Source: a virus. Taken from it: 64,000 bases of DNA. The position numbers and the translations under genes were made by a program. Under the pieces are notes generated by a model. The model did no database searches, was not told the origin of the DNA, and saw only the letters and a list, made by a program, of their open reading frames with translations. Below are positions 7,348 through 16,443 of the stretch, one piece after another. Each line of letters begins with the position of its first letter. The stretch's first letter is position 1. The DNA lies in the IMG/VR virus record IMGVR_UViG_3300035698_012408, one strand, 5' to 3'.

Positions 7348-10059
7348 CTACGCTCCGCCGGGCTTGCCGATCAGTTTCTCAAGACCCTGATCAGGCTGAG
7401 CCGCACTGAAGCCAGTGAGCGGCGGCTTGTTGGGAGTAGGCGGTGGTGTGGTCATCCCCGGAGGCTTGGGTGTCAGGGCCGCAGCGCTGGCTCCCAGGCC
7501 GCCCGGCTTCGCAGTCGGGGGCATCGGAGGTGTTGCGGTCGAAGGGCCGCCAGGAGGCGGTACGGGCGCCCCTACGGTTGGCTTCGGTGGCGTACCTGTT
7601 GGTGCCGCCCCGGATAACAGATCCATCGCACCACCGAGTGCCGGAGGCTTACCACCGCCGAACATCGGTTGCGGTGTCGCACCACCTTGATAGTGCTGGG
7701 CCATCTGCGACCCGAACGACGGAGATGCCGGAGGAGCTGCTGGACCGGCGGGTGCTCGCGACATGCCCGGAGTCGGGGCGGCTCCAACCGCACCTGCTCC
7801 TGGAGTCGGAGCTCCACGCCTTGCCGCGGCACCGGGTGCCGTTGGCGTGGGTGGTCGATTCGCCTGGAAGGTCGGGGAGACCGGCTCACGCCCTGGGGCC
7901 TGGATCGGTTGAACTTCGTCCGGCAGCCCGGCGATCGGCGACGATTGTCGCACAGGTCCGGCAGGTGCTGGCTTCACTTCATCAGGCAGCGAGGCTATCT
8001 GGGGAGCTGGCTGGCGTTGCGGGCCGACCGGTGCCGGCCTCACTTCGCCGGGCAGCGATGCCATCGGAGCCGCAGGCTTCCGCTGCGGGGCTCCACCCGT
8101 CGTGGAGGGCTGCGTCATGGAAGCTGCCCCGGCCATGCCTGCTGGTGACGGCAGCGGCGTGGCTGAGTTCACCATGCTCCCTGCCTGCCCCAGTGGGCTT
8201 GGCGCCGATGCTGCGTTCGCAATGTTACCTGCCTGCCCCAGCGTGCCAGGGGCCTTCGCCGACGACACGATGTTACCAGCCTGCCCCATCTGACTCGGAG
8301 CCTTCGCAGCGTTCACGATGTTACCAGCCTGCCCCAGCGTGTTAGGAGCCGCCCCACCCAGCAATGCTGCCAGCGGCGGAGCCGGCTGTTGTGCCGCGGG
8401 TGGCTTGACTGGCGCCGGTCCGCCGCTCGACGCGATCGTTGGAGTCGGCCCTGTGATATTCGACGGCTTGGAAGCAGCCCCGGACCCTGGGCTCGTGGTC
8501 CCAGAGCCCGAGCCTGCAACCTGGGAGGGACGCGACCGGCCTCGGCCACCACGGCCTCCGCCTTTCCCTCGTCCCTTACCTCGTCGGGTAGACTTGGCTG
8601 TGGCGGTCGGCGACGGAGCAGCTGGTGATCCGATGCCAGCCGCTGCTGCTCTCGCAGCCGCTGCTGACTGATATGCTCCACCCATCTGATCCGGGGACGG
8701 CTTGTTCCCCACTGTCCACGGTGGTGTGGCGCCATCGTCGTTCAAGATGTCTCGATCGCGTGTGGCTTGATTGCGGGCGTCATGTGCCCTGACCAACGCT
8801 TCGTACTGCGGCGTGCCCGGTTTGGGAGCCGCCAGCTTCTCAAAGAGCTGTGAGGAGCCACACAGCGACTTAGCTGGTGCTTGCGAGCTGTGAGACGTTT
8901 CACAGCCGCTTATCTTCTCACGGAGCTGTGAGGCGTTTAACAGCGTCGAAGCAACGAACACGGTGCTGTCAGAGCTCTCACAGCTTCCTTGGCTCGCTTG
9001 CTTGTCTCGCATCGTGCTCAGGAGCCTCTCGCCGTCTCGGCCAGTGGTCATGCCCAACGATGTCAGCAGACCCATCACGCCCTCGGTCGGCAGAGTTGGG
9101 TGCTGCGAGGCTACGACTTCACGCAGTTCGCTCTCCACAGTCTTGTCCTGTGACCACGAAGCCACCTTGAAACCCTTGGCCACGCCCGTAGCGTGGTTGC
9201 CGTCGATTGTATTATTCACGGGATCGAGCCCTCCGTTAGAGTCAATGGGGTTAGCCGCGATGGCACTGCCAGCACCAGGAAACGACGGAGCTTTCTGGCC
9301 ACCTGCCGGTAGTCCTATCTGCATCGGGCCGAAGCCCGCCATCTGGGGCTTACCACTCGGTGGTTGCAGGAACTGTTGCATTCCTGCCATCGCCTGTGGC
9401 ATAGCAAATGACGACGATTGTGGCGACTGCATATTTGGCGACATTGGAGGCTGCATACCAGGAACTGCCGCTGTCTTGTCGCGGCCCTCCAACTTGGAGC
9501 CGTCGGGGAGCAGGAATGGGAAAAAGTCACGGATGACCCCTGCTGCTTTAAGTCGTGTGCTATCAAGGATTTGCCGCTTATTGGGGCTCGCAGGCACGCT
9601 GGCTAAGTTGCTGTCAGAGCTCTCACAGCCCGTCACAGCAGATAAACCAGGACGTCCCAAGGCACCCAAATCAATAAAACCTGCCTGTTTTGGCACCCTA
9701 TTGGGGTAAACCGTGCCCAAAACACCCCCTGAATCCACTTTACCCCGCGCCGCGTATAACGTACTTAGGTGTCGTGTTTTGGCAAGTTCGCTGTGAGCTT
9801 TCTTCTCTTTCCGCTCCCTGTCGTCCTTTTTATTTGGCAATTTGTCGTGTTTCGTTCTCGCGAAATTGCTCGCGAGATTGCTGGCGCCAGGTGGCTTGAT
9901 TGACGACGCAACAGACTTTACAATGGCTGGCGGGTGGGATGGCTCTGCCTTCTGGTGAGCTCGCACCATGCCAAACAACCGCTGCTGTGGTTTAGACTTT
10001 GCTGGCATCCTAGTACCTTTCATCGTGAACTGGTATGATCGCTGCCTGCTTGTTATCAT
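7348..10059 (-). CDS. 903-aa low-complexity repeat protein with RGG box
   Basis: One long ORF rich in P/A/G/Q. RRGKGRGKGGGRGGRGRSR. Tandem GQAGNIVxxAKAP and ASLPxEVxPAP repeats. Recurring CESSDS/CETSHS motifs. Alternative ATG starts at 10023 and 10008. Confidence 0.75.
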   Translation of the reverse strand: MITSRQRSYQFTMKGTRMPAKSKPQQRLFGMVRAHQKAEPSHPPAIVKSVASSIKPPGASNLASNFARTKHDKLPNKKDDRERKEKKAHSELAKTRHLSTLYAARGKVDSGGVLGTVYPNRVPKQAGFIDLGALGRPGLSAVTGCESSDSNLASVPASPNKRQILDSTRLKAAGVIRDFFPFLLPDGSKLEGRDKTAAVPGMQPPMSPNMQSPQSSSFAMPQAMAGMQQFLQPPSGKPQMAGFGPMQIGLPAGGQKAPSFPGAGSAIAANPIDSNGGLDPVNNTIDGNHATGVAKGFKVASWSQDKTVESELREVVASQHPTLPTEGVMGLLTSLGMTTGRDGERLLSTMRDKQASQGSCESSDSTVFVASTLLNASQLREKISGCETSHSSQAPAKSLCGSSQLFEKLAAPKPGTPQYEALVRAHDARNQATRDRDILNDDGATPPWTVGNKPSPDQMGGAYQSAAAARAAAAGIGSPAAPSPTATAKSTRRGKGRGKGGGRGGRGRSRPSQVAGSGSGTTSPGSGAASKPSNITGPTPTIASSGGPAPVKPPAAQQPAPPLAALLGGAAPNTLGQAGNIVNAAKAPSQMGQAGNIVSSAKAPGTLGQAGNIANAASAPSPLGQAGSMVNSATPLPSPAGMAGAASMTQPSTTGGAPQRKPAAPMASLPGEVRPAPVGPQRQPAPQIASLPDEVKPAPAGPVRQSSPIAGLPDEVQPIQAPGREPVSPTFQANRPPTPTAPGAAARRGAPTPGAGAVGAAPTPGMSRAPAGPAAPPASPSFGSQMAQHYQGGATPQPMFGGGKPPALGGAMDLLSGAAPTGTPPKPTVGAPVPPPGGPSTATPPMPPTAKPGGLGASAAALTPKPPGMTTPPPTPNKPPLTGFSAAQPDQGLEKLIGKPGGA
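7905..8100. repeat. about 63-66 bp coding tandem repeat, 3 units
   Basis: Units begin near 7911, 7974 and 8040 (cacttcNNcNggcagc...). They encode ASLPGEVRPAP / ASLPDEVKPAP / AGLPDEVQPIQ. Confidence 0.7.
8174..8365. repeat. 48-bp coding tandem repeat, 4 units
   Basis: Units start at 8174, 8222, 8270 and 8318 (atgttaccNgcctgcccca...). They encode 16-aa GQAGNIVNAAKAPSxx units. Confidence 0.85.
8847..8984. repeat. array of four 20-nt dyads GCTGT-N10-ACAGC spaced 38-40 bp apart
   Basis: Copies at 8847-8866, 8887-8906 (7-bp perfect arms GCTGTGA/TCACAGC), 8925-8944 and 8965-8984. Confidence 0.8.
9610..9629. repeat. fifth GCTGT-N10-ACAGC dyad
   Basis: gctgtcagagctctcacagc; with the preceding t (9609-9629) a 21-nt match to 8964-8984. 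A further tcacagc follows at 9633-9639. Confidence 0.8.
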
Positions 10060-10109
10060 TAGTGTAGCCTGATGACCGTCACTATTGCAACCCCGTAAGG
10101 AAGAGATTC

Positions 10110-11153
10110 ATGTCAACACACGCAGATCAGCCATTCGCTGATGCTCCCAGTCCCGAAGCGTACGCTATCGCCCCGCCAGAGCCTTTCGCTCAACTCATGC
10201 CAGGACTGATAGTCATGGAGGGGGACATCCGCCTCGGGCTCGACCACCTGGGTGATGGTTGGAATGAAGTCACCCAAGGGTACGTCGGTATCACCGTGCC
10301 TGATGCTCAGGTGGCTTATGCTCGCTTGATCATGCCCGAGAACTTCTCTCGACTCGTCAATGGGACCTTCGTTCATCCCCGTGATCAGCTCTGGCGGAGT
10401 GGTGAGCCTCGCTGGGTGCCGGTACCGGCTGAGTGGATCGCTCGTGGCATGACCGTTGATGGTATCCGGGAGGAACTCGCGGAAGAAGCCCAGCTCTACA
10501 TCTGCCGTCCTGACTTCGATGCTCCTGATCACCGAGTGTTGCCCATTCCGCCCCATCACCGAGCCCTTGCAGCTGCCGAACCGATCCGATATGGCGATAA
10601 AGCCATCCACGCAGGGCTCGATGACTGGCAAACTGTCGCTGTTGGGCTCCGTGGGCAGGAATGTGGTGAACCGTGCGAACCGAACAAGTTCGTCCGCTAC
10701 TGCCGGCCTATCCACCCCCAAGCCCAGAACTGGTATGTTGACCTTCGACCCGATCGAGGTGACGATACCGGCCCCGGATCAGCCGTCACACCCTTCGCAA
10801 CGCTCGAAGGTGGCCAAAATGCGATCGAAAAGGCCTCCCAAGACGCCAATATCACCGTCTATGGCGTGATTTGGGAGGTTCGAGGCACCCCGCTGGTCGC
10901 TTATGACCTCCCTGAGCCTCAAAAACAGGGTTATCAGGCCCCAATACTCGAATGTGACCCTGCTGAAGAGGCCGATCGAGCTCGGCTGAGCGCCCTGGCA
11001 CCCAAAATACCGATCGAACCGACCGGTGCGGCCGAAAAGACCGCTGCTACCCCTAAATTGCAAAAAGAACACATCAAGGCGATGATCCAGAGCCTCGAAC
11101 AAGCACTTCTGGTAGCTCATACCATGCTAGCGGAGATTGAGAGCGGAGAATGA
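10110..11153 (+). CDS. hypothetical protein
   Basis: 347-aa ORF with an AAGGAAGAG leader. One of only two plus-strand genes. Confidence 0.7.
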   Translation: MSTHADQPFADAPSPEAYAIAPPEPFAQLMPGLIVMEGDIRLGLDHLGDGWNEVTQGYVGITVPDAQVAYARLIMPENFSRLVNGTFVHPRDQLWRSGEPRWVPVPAEWIARGMTVDGIREELAEEAQLYICRPDFDAPDHRVLPIPPHHRALAAAEPIRYGDKAIHAGLDDWQTVAVGLRGQECGEPCEPNKFVRYCRPIHPQAQNWYVDLRPDRGDDTGPGSAVTPFATLEGGQNAIEKASQDANITVYGVIWEVRGTPLVAYDLPEPQKQGYQAPILECDPAEEADRARLSALAPKIPIEPTGAAEKTAATPKLQKEHIKAMIQSLEQALLVAHTMLAEIESGE

Positions 11154-11563
11154 CCATGCGTGACCGAATTATCGACCTAGATGGTGCCGATGACAAGCCT
11201 ACGCGGGCTGAGCGGAGCTACACCGTCTATTGCGAGTGCGAAAACTGCGGAGAGCTCGAATATATCGAGATCGAACGCGGTATTCTCATCACCAACGCCG
11301 TCTGCCCCTTCTGTGACTGCATGTCGCTCATCCGAGCGGCTGAACCGGGCAGTCTCGAAGAGTTCGAGGACCTCGAAGACGACCCATTGGACACCGGGGT
11401 GGACTTTCAGACGATTGTGGACTCCCTGGAGCTCCAAAAAGCGAGGGAATCACAAGAAGGCATGCCTCACATGCCGATCAGCCCGTTCGATCGCTCGGTA
11501 GCTGAGTTGGCACGGCAGGTACGTGAGGAACAACGACACGGGAGCAGGCAAGACGCTGGCTGA
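11150..11563 (+). CDS. zinc-ribbon protein with acidic C-terminal half
   Basis: ATGA overlap with the upstream gene. CECENCG...CPFCDC. Confidence 0.7.
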   Translation: MTMRDRIIDLDGADDKPTRAERSYTVYCECENCGELEYIEIERGILITNAVCPFCDCMSLIRAAEPGSLEEFEDLEDDPLDTGVDFQTIVDSLELQKARESQEGMPHMPISPFDRSVAELARQVREEQRHGSRQDAG

Positions 11564-11573
11564 GACGCCAAGC

Positions 11574-11587
11574 GGTACTTAGAAACC
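11574..11587 (+). repeat. GGTACTTAGAAACC motif copy (c)
   Basis: Merges into the terminator stem. The 18-nt gcggtacttagaaaccac is identical to the copy at 51862. Confidence 0.8.
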
Positions 11588-11627
11588 ACCTGGATCGGAC
11601 TTTCCGGCCCAGGTGGTTCTTTTTTTA
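11584..11627 (+). terminator. rho-independent terminator at a convergent gene junction
   Basis: Stem aaccacctgg (11584-11593) pairs with ccaggtggtt (11609-11618), followed by cttttttt. Confidence 0.75.
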
Positions 11628-11631
11628 GCTA

Positions 11632-13176
11632 TTAGTCAGCTGGGTCGCGAGGAGGTCCGTCCGATTCCCAACCACTCTCTCGCGGAGTCCTGGGCACGTC
11701 CATGTAAGCACGCGGATCGAGCGTTTCACCAGCTGTCGGGCGGCCTATCGCGGGATGTGAGACGACTTCTCCCCAATTCTCCCTACGATTGGACCTACAC
11801 ACGCCGTGGACATCCACATAAGTATCAGGCTCTTGTACAGGTCTTACCGCCGCCCCGCCTACCTCGAACGTGTCAGATCGCACATACTCTGATCCGGCAT
11901 CGGCCATGAGCAGCGACGGGTCGTCAGGGTCCCGGGGTCGCCCGGATCGCGTTGGCCGGTTGCCGTTCTGATCCACGGGATGTTCTTCATCCCGATCGGC
12001 AGCCGCCAACACCGACGGATCGATCCCGCCGGGTCGTTGTGTGACCAGCAACGCCGGATCGACGCCATTTGCTGCCGCATCACGTGCTTCCAGCTGTTGA
12101 GCACGACGCCTCCGGTGCCCCTCCAGTCGATTGTCTTCTGGGGTGCCGCAACCAGGAGGTGGTGTCTCGCCAATGGCCATGCCCGGAGATGGCGTGGGCC
12201 GCATCCTGACCTGCTCGTCGTGCATCCGCTGCATTTCCTCTTCGAGATCCAAGCCGAGTGACGCCGCCCGGCTGCTAGAAGACATGCCAGGAACGTCCAT
12301 CATTAGTGCAGAAGCGCTGTTGGCCGCGGAGAGTGAGGAGGACGAAGAGGCGGAAGAAGACGATGATTCGGCGGTCGGAGGATTAAGCGAAATCATGGCC
12401 AACGCCGCACTTATGTTGAAATTATAGGCATGTGCAACACTCGCGACAGCATCCGTGCCCATTGCCCGGTAGACCGCCCGGGCCGTCCGCACCAGCTGCC
12501 GAGCTTCGCCGCCGTCAACGTGGCCGCGGTCCTCAATGCTATTTGCGAGCCGCTGCGCCATGTCGTACGCCGCGATGGCGGCCGCTAGGTCTTCGCAGAG
12601 TGAGTCAGCCCACTCATCCTCTTCATTGGGTACCGGCGCCGGGGCGTCTGGATCATGCAGGGAGACCCCTGACGAGCGTATATCGAAGATGCCCTGTTGA
12701 TGCAACGCCTCGTCGGCCTCAACAACCGCAGGTATGGTGGGAGCGGTGCTAGGTTGTGTTCCAGGCTCGTCGAGGTCAATCACACGCTCCTGCCGACCCG
12801 TGTCAGCCACCACAGCGTGAGATAGCCGTATCTCGTCCATCCACAGATGATACCCCTCGAATTCCAGCTCGGTCAAGAGGAGACTAGGGTATGTGTCAGG
12901 CCGCTGCCCGTGAAGCCGTGTGAATATCCCAGAAGCTGCTATGTAGGCCAGTCTCGCCGAGTCCTCTTCGTAGAAGTCACAAAGCGTGACGGTTTGTGCC
13001 CTCCTTAACATTATCGGGTCCGTGGGCTGCGGACCTGATGGTTGCGATCGCGCCACCAGCGACCACGGCGGCGTCCTTGCATCGTCCGTCTGCTTCACGT
13101 GCTCGACCAACTGGATGCTCGTCAGATTGTCATAACTGACAGTGCTGTCCCGCCTGACCACAATGAATGGGTTCAT
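11632..13176 (-). CDS. hypothetical protein (acidic, with a poly-Ser run)
   Basis: 514-aa ORF with a GGAG leader. Contains SSSSASSSSS. No catalytic motif seen. Confidence 0.7.
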   Translation of the reverse strand: MNPFIVVRRDSTVSYDNLTSIQLVEHVKQTDDARTPPWSLVARSQPSGPQPTDPIMLRRAQTVTLCDFYEEDSARLAYIAASGIFTRLHGQRPDTYPSLLLTELEFEGYHLWMDEIRLSHAVVADTGRQERVIDLDEPGTQPSTAPTIPAVVEADEALHQQGIFDIRSSGVSLHDPDAPAPVPNEEDEWADSLCEDLAAAIAAYDMAQRLANSIEDRGHVDGGEARQLVRTARAVYRAMGTDAVASVAHAYNFNISAALAMISLNPPTAESSSSSASSSSSLSAANSASALMMDVPGMSSSSRAASLGLDLEEEMQRMHDEQVRMRPTPSPGMAIGETPPPGCGTPEDNRLEGHRRRRAQQLEARDAAANGVDPALLVTQRPGGIDPSVLAAADRDEEHPVDQNGNRPTRSGRPRDPDDPSLLMADAGSEYVRSDTFEVGGAAVRPVQEPDTYVDVHGVCRSNRRENWGEVVSHPAIGRPTAGETLDPRAYMDVPRTPRESGWESDGPPRDPAD

Positions 13177-13177
13177 G

Positions 13178-13828
13178 TTAGAACTCCGTCTTGATAACTC
13201 GCCTGAACCTCTTGTTCTTGTTGCAGGCCGCTCGAACGTCCAGCAGCACCTGCTTCAGAGGCTGATTTCCATCCACGACCGGATAACCTAAGTTCTCAGC
13301 AGCCTCCAGGTAGGCCTCGCGAAGCCGCGTCCGCCACTCAAGGTCTCGAACCTCGAATCGATCGAGCGGCATCCCGCCACGCCCATCTGTATTACGCTTG
13401 CGGTGGATTCCCGTCTCCGGGTCGACGTCCAACACGATGTAGACGTCGGGATTGACGCCAACGAGCCTGTCGTGCAGCCACCGAATGAGGCTTTTGTCCG
13501 CGTACTCAAGCATACCCTGGTACACATAAGTTGACAAGACCCAGCGGTCTGCGACCACGTCACCACCGTCATGCAGATGCGCGATGATCCCTGGGGTAAG
13601 CGAGTGACGTGCTGTCGTGTAGAGCAGAACCTGCTCTGTCGGTGTAAGATCAAGGTCTTGATCTAAGATAATCGGCCGTAGCCGTTTTCCGAGCTCTGAT
13701 GTCCCGGGGTCATGTACCAGTTCGACACGAGGCCGCTGGTAAGCTGTCAGACGACGCTTGAGCGCCTCTGCCACAGTTGTTTTGCCGCATCCGTCGATTC
13801 CTTCCACACAAATAAACAAACCACGCAT
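13178..13828 (-). CDS. tmk: thymidylate kinase
   Basis: FICVEGIDGCGKTT P-loop, a DRW..S.YVYQG-type block, typical length. GGAGGA leader. Confidence 0.9.
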   Translation of the reverse strand: MRGLFICVEGIDGCGKTTVAEALKRRLTAYQRPRVELVHDPGTSELGKRLRPIILDQDLDLTPTEQVLLYTTARHSLTPGIIAHLHDGGDVVADRWVLSTYVYQGMLEYADKSLIRWLHDRLVGVNPDVYIVLDVDPETGIHRKRNTDGRGGMPLDRFEVRDLEWRTRLREAYLEAAENLGYPVVDGNQPLKQVLLDVRAACNKNKRFRRVIKTEF

Positions 13829-13865
13829 TGGATCGATCCTCCATTTCCAATCCCCCCTTGACTAA

Positions 13866-13915
13866 TCAAACAAAAAGCAATCGGCTGACACCAATCCCTT
13901 GGCAGTCAGCCGATT
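13866..13915 (-). terminator. rho-independent terminator
   Basis: Perfect 11-bp stem aatcggctgac (13879-13889) / gtcagccgatt (13905-13915), then GCTTTTTGTTTG on the minus strand. Two further small hairpins lie upstream (13939-13955, an 8-bp palindrome, and about 13959-13974). Confidence 0.65.
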
Positions 13916-13989
13916 ACGCCACTCATTGGCAAAGAGCCGGTAGCATCATGCTACCTTCGTCAGTCCCTTGACGGAGTCCTCCCAGCCAG

Positions 13990-14448
13990 TCAGGCCGGCA
14001 GTGTCGATGGAGGCTGCGTGGCAGGGTCATCCCCAGCACACTCAGGCGCCTCCGATTTATCACTCTCCTCCACAGCACACGGCTGCGAAGCGTCGCAATG
14101 ATCACATTCATCATCGCACGTGTCGAGTGGCGGGTCTTCCGTACCTTCTTCCGCCTTGTCGCAGCTGCACGCCGTCTCGGGCAGCGAGTTAATCGCATCA
14201 GCTGCGGCGGGTGTCGCAACCTCGGCCGGTGGTGCTGGGGAGCTCAGAGGGGGTGCCGGGTTTTCCGCCATCGCTTCTACCCGGAGAATTGCCCGGTGCT
14301 CCTGCCCGTCCGCGTCCCGCACTGTCAGTTTGATGTGATCACCACAACCTGAGGCCGCTACGATATGCGAGCCATCAGGTTGACTGACCCCGGCGATGAT
14401 ACCCTCCGCAATTGATAAATTGGTGAGGGCGATAAACAATCCTTGCAT
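13990..14448 (-). CDS. hypothetical protein with a Cys/Asp-rich acidic C-terminus
   Basis: ATG at 14448 in a TAATG junction with the upstream stop. CSCD...CDDECDHCD. Confidence 0.6.
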   Translation of the reverse strand: MQGLFIALTNLSIAEGIIAGVSQPDGSHIVAASGCGDHIKLTVRDADGQEHRAILRVEAMAENPAPPLSSPAPPAEVATPAAADAINSLPETACSCDKAEEGTEDPPLDTCDDECDHCDASQPCAVEESDKSEAPECAGDDPATQPPSTLPA

Positions 14449-14945
14449 TAACCTACTCCTTGTGTACAAATAACCTTGGCCACGTCGTGAAAATAGATGA
14501 GCGCCTTGGCACCGTCACTGAGCGTGAGGTACACTCCCTGCTCTTCATGGGGCTGGCCGGGGCCTTGATAGATGCCGTCCCAATGATTGTTGGCACGATC
14601 CGTCGTGCGGTAACGTAATCCCACTACCATGTTAGATATTGAGATAATCCGCTGGTCATGCGGAGGTGAGTCGTCGCCGCGAACTCGGAAAGAAATGAGT
14701 TCGCCGGCGTCGAACATCGCTTCGATGAGCGGTTCGCCCTTGTCTAAAAGGCCGTTTACCAAACCGAGCGAACCAACCGCAAAGTCTACTGATGGGTTGT
14801 CTACGATGGGTACCACGATAATGGTCTCGTGCTGAGCCAGCTGCTCATTGCACCCATGCCTCGCCTCGATAAGCCGCTGCATCGCTTGCCAGTCACGACG
14901 CACTGCGTCATTTAGTATCTCCACAACTTTCGATGCTTTGACCAT
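14448..14945 (-). CDS. hypothetical protein
   Basis: 165-aa ORF in a coupled operon. Confidence 0.65.
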   Translation of the reverse strand: MVKASKVVEILNDAVRRDWQAMQRLIEARHGCNEQLAQHETIIVVPIVDNPSVDFAVGSLGLVNGLLDKGEPLIEAMFDAGELISFRVRGDDSPPHDQRIISISNMVVGLRYRTTDRANNHWDGIYQGPGQPHEEQGVYLTLSDGAKALIYFHDVAKVICTQGVG

Positions 14946-15276
14946 CGGGCGTATCCCCCTGCTTGCTGGCGTGTGTATCCCTGGCTGCTTCAGCCCTGTG
15001 ATGAACGGCTGCTCTTCGTGACGCCGCTTCCGTTGTGGCCTGGGTGTAGAGTTCCTCAGTCCCTAAGGTCTGAAGATGTTCGGCGATGGCCTTCGATTGC
15101 TTGTTTAAGATAGCAATCGTCGCCGGTCCTTCTTCGGAGACAGAAATGATGTTGTCTTTGTCGACCTCTTGAGGCTCGATCATAAGACTTGCTACGGTAC
15201 CATCCGAGTACATGACACGTGCCAGAAGACTGACCGTGGCCACTTTAGGTTTGGTATTTACTGCTGATTCAGCCAT
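14908..15276 (-). CDS. hypothetical protein
   Basis: 122-aa ORF with a GGAGAGGA leader. 38-nt overlap with the next gene. Confidence 0.55.
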   Translation of the reverse strand: MAESAVNTKPKVATVSLLARVMYSDGTVASLMIEPQEVDKDNIISVSEEGPATIAILNKQSKAIAEHLQTLGTEELYTQATTEAASRRAAVHHRAEAARDTHASKQGDTPDGQSIESCGDTK

Positions 15277-15321
15277 TCATTCCTCTCCGTTTGATACTTA
15301 GATATTACATGCAGCAGGTGT

Positions 15322-16443
15322 CTACGTCAATAGTTCTTCGGCAGCTTTCTGTAATTCCTCCGCTAAAACTGCTCGAACCGTCGTAAAATCCCTGACGCCG
15401 GTGCCATAGGTCGTCATACCGGCGATGAAACGATCGAGGACAAACGCCACGTCACCGCCGTAGCTATTCATCAGCTCCCGTGTGGCCAGCGTGAACTCAT
15501 ATTGGGCGCTATGCTGCGATTGCTCCACTGAACTGGCAGCTGCCCGCTGTAATGCTCTTGCCGACTCTTCGTTGATACCGTGCAACGCTGTCAGTGCGGC
15601 CATGCCATTATCCGAGGTGGCATCCACAGGGCGTCCCAACCGTGGAACCTCCGGTGACACCTCCGGTGACAGCCCCAACGCCTCCAGCAGCGATCGGGAT
15701 GATGCAGCTTGACCCGCCTGGGCGTCATTTATCAGACTCCTAACCTCTGCGGCTGCTTCTGCCTGTCGCTCGGTGTCTGGTGACGCCTGTAAAGCGCCAA
15801 CCCAATTGTCCGCAAAGTTGAGGGCTGCGTCTGACCCGGGGATGTTTGAACGCCGCAAGAGCTCAAACACCCGACCGTGGGAGTTGGGTGGTGCGAAGTT
15901 GCGAGCCTCTCTCGCCCTTGCCGCCTGCCGCACAGTCTTCGCTGCCGCATTTAGAGATGGTTCATGGCCACGCAGCACCTGAACGATAACATCCTGCGCC
16001 ACCTCGTGATCCTGCAACCCTGCCACCAACTCCGCTGCCTCTTCATACCTCGCTTCACGGCGTTCCGTCTCCAACCGGTGTGTTACCACCGCACGTTCCG
16101 CGGCCTCCCGCTCACGCACTATGTTATTGGCTACACGCTCCTCTTCTCGCTGTCTCGCCAAGGTCACGTACGCTTCCACCGTCTCCACAACGTGCAGCAT
16201 CGTGGGCGGGTTGCCGCGTCTCGGCATTATATGCCCTTGAAGACGAAACTCTTCAATATTGGCAATGGCGTCAGCTAGTCGCGCACCAATATATTCGTTG
16301 GCCATGTGGTCATCGTTAATATCGGCCCACGGCAGCTCCGCCAAAAATGCCTCGGCCTGAGCCTCCGACGTTACGTCTGAAAGCTCAACCCGAAACATGA
16401 TTTGACGCTCTGCGCGGTCATTATCATCACTGTTGTGGCTCAT
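15322..16443 (-). CDS. hypothetical protein (alpha-helical, Ala/Glu-rich)
   Basis: 373-aa ORF. Confidence 0.7.
   Translation of the reverse strand: MSHNSDDNDRAERQIMFRVELSDVTSEAQAEAFLAELPWADINDDHMANEYIGARLADAIANIEEFRLQGHIMPRRGNPPTMLHVVETVEAYVTLARQREEERVANNIVREREAAERAVVTHRLETERREARYEEAAELVAGLQDHEVAQDVIVQVLRGHEPSLNAAAKTVRQAARAREARNFAPPNSHGRVFELLRRSNIPGSDAALNFADNWVGALQASPDTERQAEAAAEVRSLINDAQAGQAASSRSLLEALGLSPEVSPEVPRLGRPVDATSDNGMAALTALHGINEESARALQRAAASSVEQSQHSAQYEFTLATRELMNSYGGDVAFVLDRFIAGMTTYGTGVRDFTTVRAVLAEELQKAAEELLT

Noticed and set aside
8174-8365. Possible CRISPR-like array from regularly spaced repeats
   Set aside because: The units are contiguous 48-bp tandem repeats with no unique spacers. 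They lie in frame within a long ORF and translate to a 16-aa peptide repeat.
10060-10109. Divergent sigma70 promoters between the 903-aa gene and the plus-strand island
   Set aside because: I tried several hexamer pairs on both strands (for example TTGTTA..., TTGCAA-N17-CTACAC). None had both an acceptable -10 and acceptable spacing. The start of the 903-aa gene is also uncertain.
13923-14219. 98-aa Arg-rich ORF spanning the 3' UTR hairpins and the end of 13990..14448
   Set aside because: It is an alternate frame of a better ORF with composition typical of a shadow frame. Its first part covers terminator-region hairpins.
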